A stretch of 56,056 nt of DNA from contig CDRNVI010000081.1 of assembly GCA_977017575.1 (NCBI GenBank), positions 1 to 56,056 of the forward strand, given 5' to 3'. Origin of the DNA: Paramoeba atlantica (Eukaryota > Protista > Discosea). How positions within the stretch are numbered: the first letter of the stretch is position 1; every line of letters begins with the position of its first letter. Below, in pieces: positions 10,916 through 21,724 of the stretch. A program made the translations under genes and the position numbers. The notes below the pieces were generated by a model that was not told where the DNA came from, did not search any database, and saw nothing but the letters and a program-made list of their open reading frames with translations.

Positions 10916-11793
10916 CTAAGACCTCGAAGTAATTTTAGTGTCCGAAATACAAACGCGCTTCGGAGCTACGAATTTGGACTTGTCAATTACACTATATAAC
11001 TCTTCGTTCCCGCGCAGCGACAGTCCTTGTAGACGTTCGTGGAGACTGTCCACCATTACCAAACCAGAAAAGCAATTGTCAGCCAAGTCCAAATCTATAA
11101 GCGATGACGGTAAGTTTTGAAGCTCCAGGGAACCTGTAAAAAGATTGTTGCTTAAACAAATAATTCGTATCTTGTATGGCAAAGAAGATAAGTCAACACC
11201 ACCAGAAAGGTGGTTACTATACAGATATAGATGTAAGCCGTCTAAACTAGGCGGGAATTGCGTGAAGTTTGCACTCCCCTCCAAGCAGTTGTTATTTAAA
11301 ACAACTGTCCGAAGTTCATACGGCCAATGCACTAACGTCAAGTTTGCTTTAAACGAATTGTAAGGTAAAGCAAGGTGCCTGGTCAGCGAAGGTAGAAAAT
11401 CAAGTTCTTCTAATCCGGACAGTCGGTTATGTCCTATATCGCAATGATTATTGCGATATATTTTGATTTTGATATATTTTGATTATTATGAATTACGGTA
11501 CGAGGCACATAACCGAAGCGTATCCACCCCGTAAGATCATGACGATCCCATTGAATACCTGTTACCTGATGCTCCTTATCACGTGACACTCCATCCCATG
11601 TGCACACGGATACTTTTTTTTCTTCGACACGTCCTAGCCGATTTCTTTTGTTAACTGCCCTACGCCTTGTTTCATGCCTTTTCGTCAAAGTTGCGATAAA
11701 AAGATCAAGCATACCGTCCTGGAGGAGTAACTCAGCGGCCACTTTGCCACGACGTAGATCCCAGCCATTGTCCATTCCGTACAAACAGTACAC
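10916..11793 (-). pseudogene. LRR protein gene broken by a short AT-rich insertion near 11440-11490
   Basis: VCTWDGVSR N-cap in 11434-11793. LRRs (LPSSLIDLDLADNCFSG) continue in another frame down to 10916. Confidence 0.82.
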
Positions 11794-13079
11794 TGTGTTA
11801 GTAATGAATCAATATGTGTGTCGAATAAGAGTGACTCTAAATGTACTAAAAGCCCGCCGGAAGTACTAAAAAGATTACAGTGGTGTTATTACAATGGCGT
11901 TCTATGCCAAGAATACATTATAAACCCCTCAACAATAATAAGACACTTCCCCTTGTTTTTCGCGCACGGGGACTCATGGGGGTTGTAGCACCACTTTTTT
12001 GTTCAGAATTTTGAGATCTTTGCGTTCCTGGGGGTTTTAGCCTGCCTTAAAACTTTGAAAAAATAGCTTAGGAAAATGCCAAAAAATATACTTTTTAAGG
12101 AGAAAAGCATGACCTAGGAGGTACACACAGGAAGGTCTAGGGGCTTATACAGATGAAGAAGAAGCAGAAGAGACGGATGGTTTCCAAGACGGCACTCGAC
12201 GCCTTGCTGCCCAAGCACGTCTACCTAACCGTAGCTACCAGGACGGGCGTCCAACCCCGTTGCATCGTGTAGGCTGTGTCGCAAGCCTCCTTTGAGTAAG
12301 CAGCTCGTAATTTAGCGGCTGCGCTGGAGCCTGGTTCAGCTCAGATGAAACAACTACGTGAAATGGTTTATTCATTCCCGTTCGCTCGAATTCCGAAGGA
12401 ATTAGTTCGAAAGGTCTTACGCCACTCTCTGTGGCCTGATTAGATTATCGTGACCTGGACTATACAAGCAAAAAGGAATAGAAGTAAAAGGGTAAAAAAT
12501 GATAATCGAGGATAAGTTTACAAGGTGCGCAAAGTTTATTTACTGAGATCTGCAAAATACCACAAGATTTAGCTCAAACTTACCATACTGATTTTAGTGG
12601 GGGTGTCTTATCGTGTCGAAGGGTTTATACAGTATATAATTACAATGACTGATATACGAAAAGGACTTTCCTGAAACCGCTCGTCTTCTAAAAGCGCATT
12701 CAAACCCCCCGAAAATCTAGGAAAAGAGAGAACGTGCAATTCATAAATCTAACAAACCAATAAGTGAAACCATAAATGAAGACCATGTTATGTTTTAATC
12801 ACTAATACAGATGTACTTCGTACTTTCCATTTTATATTATCGAGCCTAGACTTATATTTTCCAAAATGAAATGGAGAGGAATAATTATTACCATATCTTA
12901 TCGTAGGCAAACTCGTTTTTTGCCCATGATGTCATTAATTCTCCTTCGTATAACAAATGTTTTGTTTAATTGCATAACACTAAAGCTACAATGATATGCA
13001 TTGTAGTATTTTTCATAAGATTTCCATTTTATCAACTAGGTTGCGAAGAACTATTCGGCCCTCGAATATACCGACACGC

Positions 13080-13586
13080 TTAATTCTTCTTCTGCACCAG
13101 CTTTTCAATGAGTGCGTTACCCTTCTTACGGAATTGTGCTGCCTCAACTGAAAGTGCCTTGCGTTGAGCGGCTGACAACTTCTGGTATTTGGCAGATACT
13201 TTCTTTGCCGCCGCGCGGAAACAAGCTTTAGTATTCTTGTGGTTTCCCTTCTCCGCCTTGTATATCAATGGTAAGGTACGCTTTAAGAACAAGCCATAAG
13301 GACGGTAGCGTGCGCTTTTCACTTGTGAGACGAGCGCTTTCTTCTGTTTCATATTCTCAGCAGCAATCTTGCTGAGGGACTGAACTTGAGCAGGAGGCAA
13401 CCTTTTAAAAGCGGCATGTGCTCCGGTGAGTTTTTTTGGGCCACCCTTTTTACCTTTGAAAAATTTTGACATAAATACACGCAGCGCACTTGTCGGTGCC
13501 GATTTTCCAGCTCGTAGCTTCTTGATAACTTCACGACGAAGCTTTACGATGTTATTCGCGAGGTTTGGTAGCGCACGAGAAAACAT
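13080..13586 (-). CDS. Basic twin-HMG-box protein with putative mitochondrial presequence (KAP/TFAM-like), copy 1, 168 aa
   Basis: Lys/Ala-rich. Two HMG-like boxes (APTSALRVFMSK...FKRLPPAQ; RPYGLFLKR...YQKLSAAQRKAL) and an N-terminal MFSRALP. Confidence 0.72.
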   Translation of the reverse strand: MFSRALPNLANNIVKLRREVIKKLRAGKSAPTSALRVFMSKFFKGKKGGPKKLTGAHAAFKRLPPAQVQSLSKIAAENMKQKKALVSQVKSARYRPYGLFLKRTLPLIYKAEKGNHKNTKACFRAAAKKVSAKYQKLSAAQRKALSVEAAQFRKKGNALIEKLVQKKN

Positions 13587-13752
13587 TATAAGTAGAAAGA
13601 CAGGGAAACAGATAATCTTGTAGGATATAAATTACGTTGACTTTCTTTTTGCTTTTATGTGGAAAAAAGAGCTCTTAGATGTAGTTTATCGGTAACCCGG
13701 GGAAAGGTATATTATTCAAATCGGAATTTGAATAATACTGTTAGACTGCCGA

Positions 13753-14352
13753 CTAATATTATTAAGTTTTTAATTATTGGCGAAGCTATGCATCTTTTAA
13801 TTAAAAAATTAATATTTTTTGTGTCAATAATTTTTGTGGAAATTTGTACATATCGACAAACAATAGAAGTTGTTAGTAGAGGGGCGGAAAAACCCAAAAT
13901 TAGGTCAAAAGTTTTTATTTGCTCTCAAAAAGATTCAAGAATTTTTACGGGGAAGAAAGTTGTTTTTCACCAAAAAATTATTAGACCTAGGAGGTACAAT
14001 AGGTGTTCCTAGGTAAATTAACCCGGACGGTGGTTTGCATCTCTCTAATCTTGTCAAATGCGTTGCGAAGGGCAGGTTATTAAATGGTCATTAAGTGAGG
14101 GGATGCGGGTGTGATCTCGCATGATCTTCCGACCGGGTGTTGACATAAAGCCAATCTCGATCCTCCTGCGTCAAATCTACTCATAAAATTTGAGTTTTTG
14201 TGCAAAATCTATGCCACTCTTCTCTAAAAAGTGGTTGCCAAGATCAGACCTCATGAGAAATTCAAAAATTGACCACAAAGATAAAAGAAATGTTTCTCGC
14301 CAAAAATTGACAACTTTTAAATAGAAAAACAATAAATTTTGTACCATGAATT
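13753..14352. repeat. Left arm of a ~600-bp inverted repeat (right arm split: 16614-16881 + 19427-19742)
   Basis: 14090-14352 is the inverted complement of 16614-16881, and 13753-14095 is the inverted complement of 19427-19742. Confidence 0.88.
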
Positions 14353-14409
14353 TTAGCGATAATAATTTTTGGCTTGGGTGTATTAGAATAATATAGTGTT
14401 ATGCGGCTC

Positions 14410-14520
14410 TATTTGAATAATATAACGTTATTTGAATACTATAGTGTTAATTTGAATACTATAGTGTTAATTTGAATAATATAGTGTAATTTGAATAATG
14501 TAGCGCTATTGAATAATATA
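14410..14520. repeat. Degenerate ~20-bp minisatellite TTGAATA(A/C)TATAGTGTTAAT
   Basis: About 5-6 tandem copies visible. Confidence 0.8.
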
Positions 14521-14595
14521 CCGTTCCCCGGGCTACATGAAGTATCGGAACTCCAAGATACGGTACTCGCGTTGTCAGGTTGACGAGACTAATTT

Positions 14596-15024
14596 ATGGA
14601 TCCGGAAGTACAACCGCGTAGAACTCGTAAGAAACCAACGTGGGTATTGACTCTTACGGAAGTTGCAAGGAACGGTAAATCGGTAAGCACTGTATGGTTA
14701 TACGCAAACGATCGAAATAAAGAAATCATGGAGCGGGTGATCAGGGTGCATACATTGGACAACCAACGTACCATAGTAACTACAGACGGGTGGAAAAGAT
14801 ACTCGAATGTTATTTCATTTTGCGATCACTTTACTGTGAACCATGCCAGTAAAGGAAAGTTTAAGTTTGTAATTGCTGATGAAGATCACACCAACAACGA
14901 AGAGTCATGTCATTCAGCAGTAGAGCGGGCTATACGTAAACAAGGTAGGCTATCAATGTCGTTGAGAGAGTTTAAGCAGACCGAGGCGTTGTTTACCTTA
15001 CTTTTTCTAGACTCTTCTTTCTAG
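14596..15024 (+). pseudogene. Merlin/IS1595 (ISXO2-like) transposase C-terminal remnant
   Basis: Motifs IVTTDGWKRY, HFTVNH and HTNNEESCHS. Confidence 0.85.
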
Positions 15025-15755
15025 ACTTTCTAGTGAGTAGCTTGTTAATGAAAGCGAAGATGAAGATTGGAAGTTCATACAAAGGTTAGATTTGTAAGTT
15101 ACGACGAAATAACCTTCAAAATCGGCGTCAATTACATGCAGTACAAGAAAAGAAAAAAAGTGTATTTTTTTGAGACAAGGAATGGAAAATGTATTTAACC
15201 GCATTTAACATTTCGAAAACATGAGTATTAAGCTTTTTATGCACTATCGTAAATTTTCAAAAAATGACTACAATATAAGTCATCTGCAGCTAAACAATTG
15301 TTTTTCAACGAACATTCAACGAACATATCCCCAATCCCCAATTACATTCACAAACAAAAAGGATGCTCCCCTTTTTTCAGCAAAAAAAAATCGATGTATG
15401 TTCGTGTTTCCGTTCATCGAAAAGGACGTCCTGTTCGATGAATATTCATCGAATGCCCCCCTCCCCAAATATTGTATAGAGTTGAGTCATTCTCATGGTA
15501 AACTGGTGCTCTATTGAATCAGGAAGGATGCAAATCTACTGGTCTATTAAATAAATAAAAATTATTAAGTAGCAAACTAAAGCATGATCTTGATATAGTA
15601 TCACCGTCGACGAAAATAAGGAACGTTCGCTGTGCATTCGATTATAAATATATTTTTTTATAATTAATTATAATTCTACTTTTTTAACACATTCCTATTT
15701 GTAATAAATATTTCTAAACCTTTCGCTTCTTATGACTCCGAAAAAAGTGATACAG

Positions 15756-16259
15756 CTACTTTCGTTGTTCCACCAGCTTTTCAATGAGTGCGTTACCCTT
15801 GTTACGGACCTGTGCTGCCTCAACTGAAAGTTCTTTGCGTTGAGCGGCTGACAACTTCTGGTATTTGGCAGATACTTTCTTTGCCACCGCGCGGAAACAA
15901 GCTTTAGTATTCTTGTGGTTGCCCTTCTCTGCCTTGTATATCGCCGGCATGACACGTCGCACGAACAAACTATAAGGGCGACATTTAGCACTTTGAACTT
16001 GCGCTTTCAGTGACTGTTTTCGCTTCATATTCTCGGCAGCAATCCTGCTGAAGGATTGCACTTGAACAGGAGATAACTTTTTAAAAGAGGCATGTACTAC
16101 GGCGAGATCTTGAGATCCTTTTTTACCTTTGAGAAACTTTGACATAAATACACGCAGTGCACTTGTCGGGGCTGATTTTCCAGCCCATGGCTTATTGATA
16201 ACTTTATGACGAAGCTTTGCGATGTTCTTGGTGAGGTTTGGAAGCGCACGAGAAAACAT
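15756..16259 (-). CDS. Twin-HMG-box KAP/TFAM-like protein, copy 2, 167 aa
   Basis: Full-length paralogue of 13080-13586 with an intact ORF. Confidence 0.72.
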   Translation of the reverse strand: MFSRALPNLTKNIAKLRHKVINKPWAGKSAPTSALRVFMSKFLKGKKGSQDLAVVHASFKKLSPVQVQSFSRIAAENMKRKQSLKAQVQSAKCRPYSLFVRRVMPAIYKAEKGNHKNTKACFRAVAKKVSAKYQKLSAAQRKELSVEAAQVRNKGNALIEKLVEQRK

Positions 16260-16613
16260 TAGAGATAGAAAGACAGAGAATTAGACAAAAAACCTAGTAT
16301 GAGATAAAATAAGATAATTTATTAGCCTTAACCTTTTACCTGTAGATTTATTGAGGGAGATATGGTGAGCATCTAACTCGTCTTCTAAGATTAATTCCGC
16401 GAGCGTGGAATGGGCGTAAAGCGAGTAATCCGGCGAACGGTATATTATTTAAATCGCCATTTAATTAATATAGTGTTAAAATTTCTATCAAAAGAATATA
16501 GCGCTATCTAATATTTAAATACCGTAGTAGTAGGTCCGCCATAGTGGGAAAATGAGGTGAATTTTGCCATTTAAATAATAAATTTATAATAATTAATAAA
16601 TAATATTAATTTT

Positions 16614-16881
16614 AATTCATGGCACAATTGTTTTTTAAATAAAAGTTAAATTTTTGGCTGGAAACATTTTTTTAATTTTTTTTTGTCAATTTTTGAATTT
16701 CTCATGAGGTCTGATCTTGGCAACCACTTTCTAGAGAAGAGTGCCACAGATTTTTGTACAAAAACTTAAATATCATGACAGGATTTGACGAAGGGAGAGC
16801 AAGAGGCTTTTCTTCAACACCCGGTCGTGGGATCATGCGAGATGATCTTGCATCTCACATCACACCCGCAGCCCCTCACTT
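16614..16881. repeat. Right arm (inner part) of the long inverted repeat
   Basis: Inverted complement of 14090-14352, interrupted at ACTT by the IS5-like element. Confidence 0.85.
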
Positions 16882-17111
16882 GAGGGGCTGCGGGTACTTC
16901 GACCGAGACCGCACCGAGACCGCGGTTCGTATTTTCGGTGGGGAGAGATAGAAAAACAGCCAAAAGTTTACATTTGTTTTTATTTTTAAGTGGAATTTCG
17001 AATTCGGTGTACGCTTCTAGCTATATTTTCCTTTGTTTCTTTCTCTGAATCATTTTCATCCTTTTTACTAACAACGGCGCGTTTTTCTTTTCCCGTAAAC
17101 TTTTCTCCTAA

Positions 17112-17762
17112 ATGTTTATGAATATCGAGAGCAATGACGCATTGCAAGAACGATTGACTGCTCTTGAGCCTGAGACAAGTGCCGAACACAAACTCTTCGA
17201 TGTCATCAAGGCTTCGACGATCCGGGTCTTTACGAAGAGGCCCGACGTTTTCTCCAAGCCACGTTTGGAGATAAGCAATGCAGAGCTCAGTAGTAAAGTG
17301 GATGAAATCGCAGGGCGCGTGTCACGCACGATGGACAACTTCCTACCTGTTGCACGCTCTGTGTGTGGCATTGACTTGACCTCGTGCATCGTGACTCGCG
17401 CCCTGTTCCACTTGGTTGACCGCCGGGGCCATCTGCATCTGAGCGTCCGCCCCCGGAGCGCGTACTTCCTTGGAGAGGCAGCTGCCGACCTTGAAGCGTA
17501 CCTTCAAGAAGACCCCCTCTTTTCCCCCCATCGCCAAGGTGAAGTGGGCGACTTTGTGGACAGCGTGTGGCGCTCTGTTTCCGGGAAGCGGTCTCGCGTT
17601 TGCCAGCAGTGGCGTCAGCGCAAGCGGACCGCTTCTCGTCAAAATGAATCAAGCAGCGGGGCTGAGGTCTCGCCACCACCCCCAGAATACAATCCTCCCT
17701 CGTATTCGGTGGCCAGCCAGATCGCTACTTCGGATCGTTCGGTTCGTTTCCCGGCCTTATAG
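17112..17762 (+). CDS. Accessory protein of the IS5-like element, no recognisable domain, 216 aa
   Basis: Lies inside the TIRs. Homologous to 25264-25938 (shared RSVCGID, VDRRGHL, EVGDFVDSxWRSVSGxRSR, PSYxxAxxIxTSDRxVxFPxL). Confidence 0.85.
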   Translation: MFMNIESNDALQERLTALEPETSAEHKLFDVIKASTIRVFTKRPDVFSKPRLEISNAELSSKVDEIAGRVSRTMDNFLPVARSVCGIDLTSCIVTRALFHLVDRRGHLHLSVRPRSAYFLGEAAADLEAYLQEDPLFSPHRQGEVGDFVDSVWRSVSGKRSRVCQQWRQRKRTASRQNESSSGAEVSPPPPEYNPPSYSVASQIATSDRSVRFPAL

Positions 17763-18052
17763 GTGTGCTCCACATGAGACGAGAAAGTACGAAGGTAAGA
17801 CGGTAATAAGGTCTTACGAAGGTAAGACGGTAATAAGATGGTAAAGAAGGTAATAAGGCAAGTTAAGGTAAGGCAATTTCGTTCCCACTACTGTTCTGTT
17901 CGATTTTCCCTAATTACTAGCTCATTCCACTAATTGTTATTTCATTCCACTAATTACAAGTACATGCTAAAATATTTCCGCCCAATAATAATACAACCCT
18001 ACTTATTTTGCCTATAAATCGAAATTTCTTTCAATCGTTTCATTCTCTCTCT

Positions 18053-19042
18053 ATGTTTGGCATCTCGACAGCACAGGTGCGGGAGTTCTACAACGAGCTC
18101 CGAAGTGTGCATGGATCCGATGTTACGGAGACTGATTACCGTCGTGTTCAGTCATCATTGTGCATCTGTTCTCTGAATTGCACATGGGAACAGTTGTACG
18201 ATGTCCAAAGGGCGTGGCTCTCACCGGATGCCCCGTTGATTTCAATTCGGACTCTCCGGGATGATTCTACTCGTGTGGCGCAGCTGTGCCGTTCACCCCT
18301 GCTCATGAACCCTGAGCTACGGTTTACCCAGGGAGTATCATGGTTATCTGACGTAACCTGCATGCTGGACGTCACGACGATCCCATGTCGTGCAAGAAAA
18401 CCGAGAGAAACACCTGATGAAACCACCCGAGATAGCACCTATTCGGGAAAGCACCGGCAACACTGCTTCAAGGTGGAAGTTTGGCTAACACTGGCCGGAG
18501 TTCCATTTTTCTTTCGCGGCCCAGTTGTTGGCAGCATGCATGATGCCAAAATTTATAAGAGTACTAGTGTGCACCGCACTCTGCTGTTCACTCACCACAA
18601 AGATGAAATGTTCTTGGCCGATCTAGGGTACATAGGTTGTGCGCACTGCCTTGTACCCTATAAGAAAACTGGCCGTGGTCTCACCGATGATGAAAAACGT
18701 GTGAATGAAAGGATTTCACTGATTCGCTCTCGAATTGAGCGACGTTTTGCACATTTCGACAAGTTTCGTTTTCTTCATGGTACTGATCATGATATACCAT
18801 GGGTCAGAGACGCTTTTCAAATTGTTTCTGTAGTTACGTATGGACTGCTGGCTACTCAGCCGCAGTATGATTTCGATTCGATTATAAATTTAAGTTTGAA
18901 ATCTACAAGTGATGAAGGTGAGTGTTTATGTAGTAAAGGGTGCGGTGTAGTTGATGGTATCGAAAGCCGCAGAGAGTGGCTTAAGGAAAACATAGATGGC
19001 GTTGCCTGTGAGCCTAAAAAATCAAATAAGTGTGCTAAGTAA
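18053..19042 (+). CDS. DDE transposase, IS5/PIF-Harbinger type (DDE_Tnp_4-like), 329 aa from the first ATG
   Basis: Motifs MLDVTTIP (D1), YSGKHRQHCFKV, GSMHDAKI, LADLGY (D2), PYKK and NERISLIRSRIERRF (E). Confidence 0.9.
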   Translation: MFGISTAQVREFYNELRSVHGSDVTETDYRRVQSSLCICSLNCTWEQLYDVQRAWLSPDAPLISIRTLRDDSTRVAQLCRSPLLMNPELRFTQGVSWLSDVTCMLDVTTIPCRARKPRETPDETTRDSTYSGKHRQHCFKVEVWLTLAGVPFFFRGPVVGSMHDAKIYKSTSVHRTLLFTHHKDEMFLADLGYIGCAHCLVPYKKTGRGLTDDEKRVNERISLIRSRIERRFAHFDKFRFLHGTDHDIPWVRDAFQIVSVVTYGLLATQPQYDFDSIINLSLKSTSDEGECLCSKGCGVVDGIESRREWLKENIDGVACEPKKSNKCAK

Positions 19043-19426
19043 TTTTATTTACTTATGGGCGGGGGTAGGCTTCCGGTGGACCTAGGGGGTGTACACCAAA
19101 AAGAAAAATATTTACGTTCAAGGCTCGTGATAAATTTGTAGTTATAAATGAGTGTATCAGGGTTACCCCTTTCTTTGGTAAAATCACGCGTATATTCCTT
19201 TTAGTAGATTTGTTACTAACCGTACAGATTTGTTAATAACCGTAAATTTCATCGAGATTTCCTCTCCAACAATGTCCGGATTCATGTAGCCTCGCCTTCG
19301 CCTTCTACGCCCCTGCCCCCACCCCCCACCCATTCCACACTTTCTGTTCTTGCACTCAGATAAGTGCGTACGCCGCACCGAGACTGCGTCGAGACCGCAC
19401 CGAATCCCCACCCGCAGCCCCTCACT

Positions 19427-19742
19427 TAATGACCACTTATTGTCCTGCCATTCGCAACGCATTTGACAAGATTAGAGAGATGTAATTATTTTTCTTCTTG
19501 TCTACCACGATTTCAAATCTAATTTTTTGGTGAAAAGCTACTTTGCTCCCCGTAAAAAATCTTGAATCTTTTTGGGGGCAAAAAAACCCTTTTGACCTAC
19601 TTTTTGGTTTCTTCCGCCTCTCTACCAAGAACTTCTATTAGTCGATATGTACAAATTTCTAGAAAATTTACTGTAACAAAAATTATTGATTGTTCAATTA
19701 AAAGTTGCAGAGCTTCGCCAATAATTAAAAGCTCAATAATAT
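19427..19742. repeat. Right arm (outer part) of the long inverted repeat
   Basis: Inverted complement of 13753-14095. Confidence 0.85.
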
Positions 19743-19744
19743 TA

Positions 19745-20489
19745 CTGTCCCCCCCTACTTAAGAGTCCGCGGGGTACCCCCCCTACTTAAGAGTCTTTTT
19801 TGACGGATCCTCGGGCTGCCTGCGGTGCGAAGTGCCGCCAGATTTGTTTTTTGATTTTTTCTATTTTCTTTGATTTTTTTTGTTGTCTGCCCATTGCGCT
19901 TAGTTGCGTTTTTAATATTTCTAAGCTATTTATATTTGATGGTACTCCGAGGAAGGAGCAGACTACGGGAAGGCATGTTACACAACCATCCTCCTCAACC
20001 CTCTTCAACTCTCTCACGAACTGATCGAAGTTCTTCTCCCCTCCGATCACCCTCCTCACACGAGAACGGCAAATTTGCCGACCAAACCCCTTCATCTATC
20101 TCCCCACCTAACCACGGTAACCTTCCGTTACCCCATTCCGGGAGCCAAGCTCGTTCTCTTCTATCCCAAGTGTGCGCGGTATTGTATTACGAGTATCATT
20201 ATATTCTCCTGCATATCAAGGGTCATATTCTGAATATTTATGACAGTTTTTTTTGAACATGCCTCAGTAGCACGTCGGGTACAGACGCCGACCTTCACAA
20301 AAATAGAAAAAAAAATTAGACAAAAATAGAAAAAAAATAGAGAAACACATAGACAAAAAAGGAACCGGCCATATTGAAATTTTATGAAAAAATGCTGACC
20401 CCCCCACTTAAGAGTCCGAAAAATTGTGACCCCCCCACTTAAGAGTCCAAATGCCCAAAATCGGCGGACTCTTAAGGAGGGGGGGACAG
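19745..20489. mobile_element. TA-flanked non-autonomous element with CTGTCCCCCCC(T)ACTTAAG TIRs
   Basis: TA|CTGTCCCCCCCCTACTTAAGAGTCCGC ... GCGGACTCTTAAGGAGGGGGGGACAG|TA, with internal CCCCCCACTTAAGAGTCC repeats. Confidence 0.88.
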
Positions 20490-20549
20490 TAATTTTAATT
20501 ATAAAATATAAAACTTTTAGATTTATAATTACCCCCCCTCTAATAACTA

Positions 20550-21534
20550 CTGTCACCCCCCCCTTTATACTTCCGCCGGTTTCGGTACTTTTGGAAGTAT
20601 AAAGGCGGGGGTCTGACTTTCGGAAGTATAAAGGGGGGGGGTCTGATTTTTTGAAAAACTCGCGAAACAAATATTTTTGAAAAAGGGGCAAAAAAAAATG
20701 CGCCGCTTCGCGGCGCTGGTTTCCTATTATTCTATCTAAAAATCAATCATCTAATCTCCAAACATGCAGGGCACAATGGTTGCTGCCGTGTTTCACTTGC
20801 ACACAATCAACATACGCTGTATATTACGCTGTAGTGAATACGTGTCGGGACGATCTACCATTAGAAGCTTCATGGGACAGTCTTTGAAACGAGGTACATT
20901 CGCCTTTGCTGCAGCAGGCGCATGTCCGCGCTGGCTGTCATCCCGCCCAGTTCGCTAAGGAGGAGTTCGTCATTTTTTTCGCATCTCGACATGTTTGTCC
21001 TTGTGCAAACCCCATCGCGCTTGCGACTACGATAGATTTACTTTTTTCTGGAAAAATCCGACACCATTTTTTCGGATGGAGCGGATGGTTCGAGATCAGA
21101 CGCCGTACTTCTCGCTGATTTGTGGAGCACTGCTACTCGAATGACACACATTCAACTTCTCCTGCATTGTTGGGTTCTTTCCTCCCTGGGGTGAACCGAC
21201 GGACACTGGTAATGTCGCAGGCTCCGCGCTTGAAACCATTATTTCGTTGGGAGGCCGAACGCGATGAAGAGGGGGATAAAGCTTAACCCACTGTGAGTAT
21301 TGACATGGGAAAAAATACGGCAAATAATTTAAATGTATATCTAGCAATATCTCTACACACATCTCTAACGTTTAATAAAAAAAATGTAGAAAATTATTAT
21401 AAAAAATGCTTCGCGGCGTATTTTTTTTGGGACCGGAAGTATAAAGGTGGGGGGCTGATTTTTCATCTGGATGAAAACGGAAGTATAAAGGGGGGGGGTT
21501 GACCCCCCTGAAGTATAAAGGGGGGGGGTGACAG
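20550..21534. mobile_element. TA-flanked non-autonomous element with CTGTCACCCCCCCCTTTATACTTC TIRs
   Basis: TA|CTGTCACCCCCCCCTTTATACTTC ... GAAGTATAAAGGGGGGGGGTGACAG|TA, with several subterminal GGAAGTATAAAG(G)n repeats. Confidence 0.88.
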
Positions 21535-21724
21535 TAATTACAAATAGAAAATATACAGTGTTATATTTAATTACGGTATTATTTAATTACGCTTTTAAGG
21601 TTATTTTTGGCTAAAATTAATCTTAATCAAATTAACCGTAATATAATCCACTCGTAAATTAATAATTTTTGAACACACTTTTTGAGTAACGTTTAAGCGC
21701 CTAAGCCATTGGATTCGTCTGAGA

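Larger units (their letters stand above)
16882..19422 (+). mobile_element. Two-ORF IS5/PIF-Harbinger-like DNA transposon, 2541 bp
   Basis: TIRs GAGGGGCTGCGGGT / ACCCGCAGCCCCTC, flanked by direct ACTT (16878-16881, 19423-19426). Subterminal GAGACCGC repeats at both ends. Both ORFs are intact. Confidence 0.9.
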
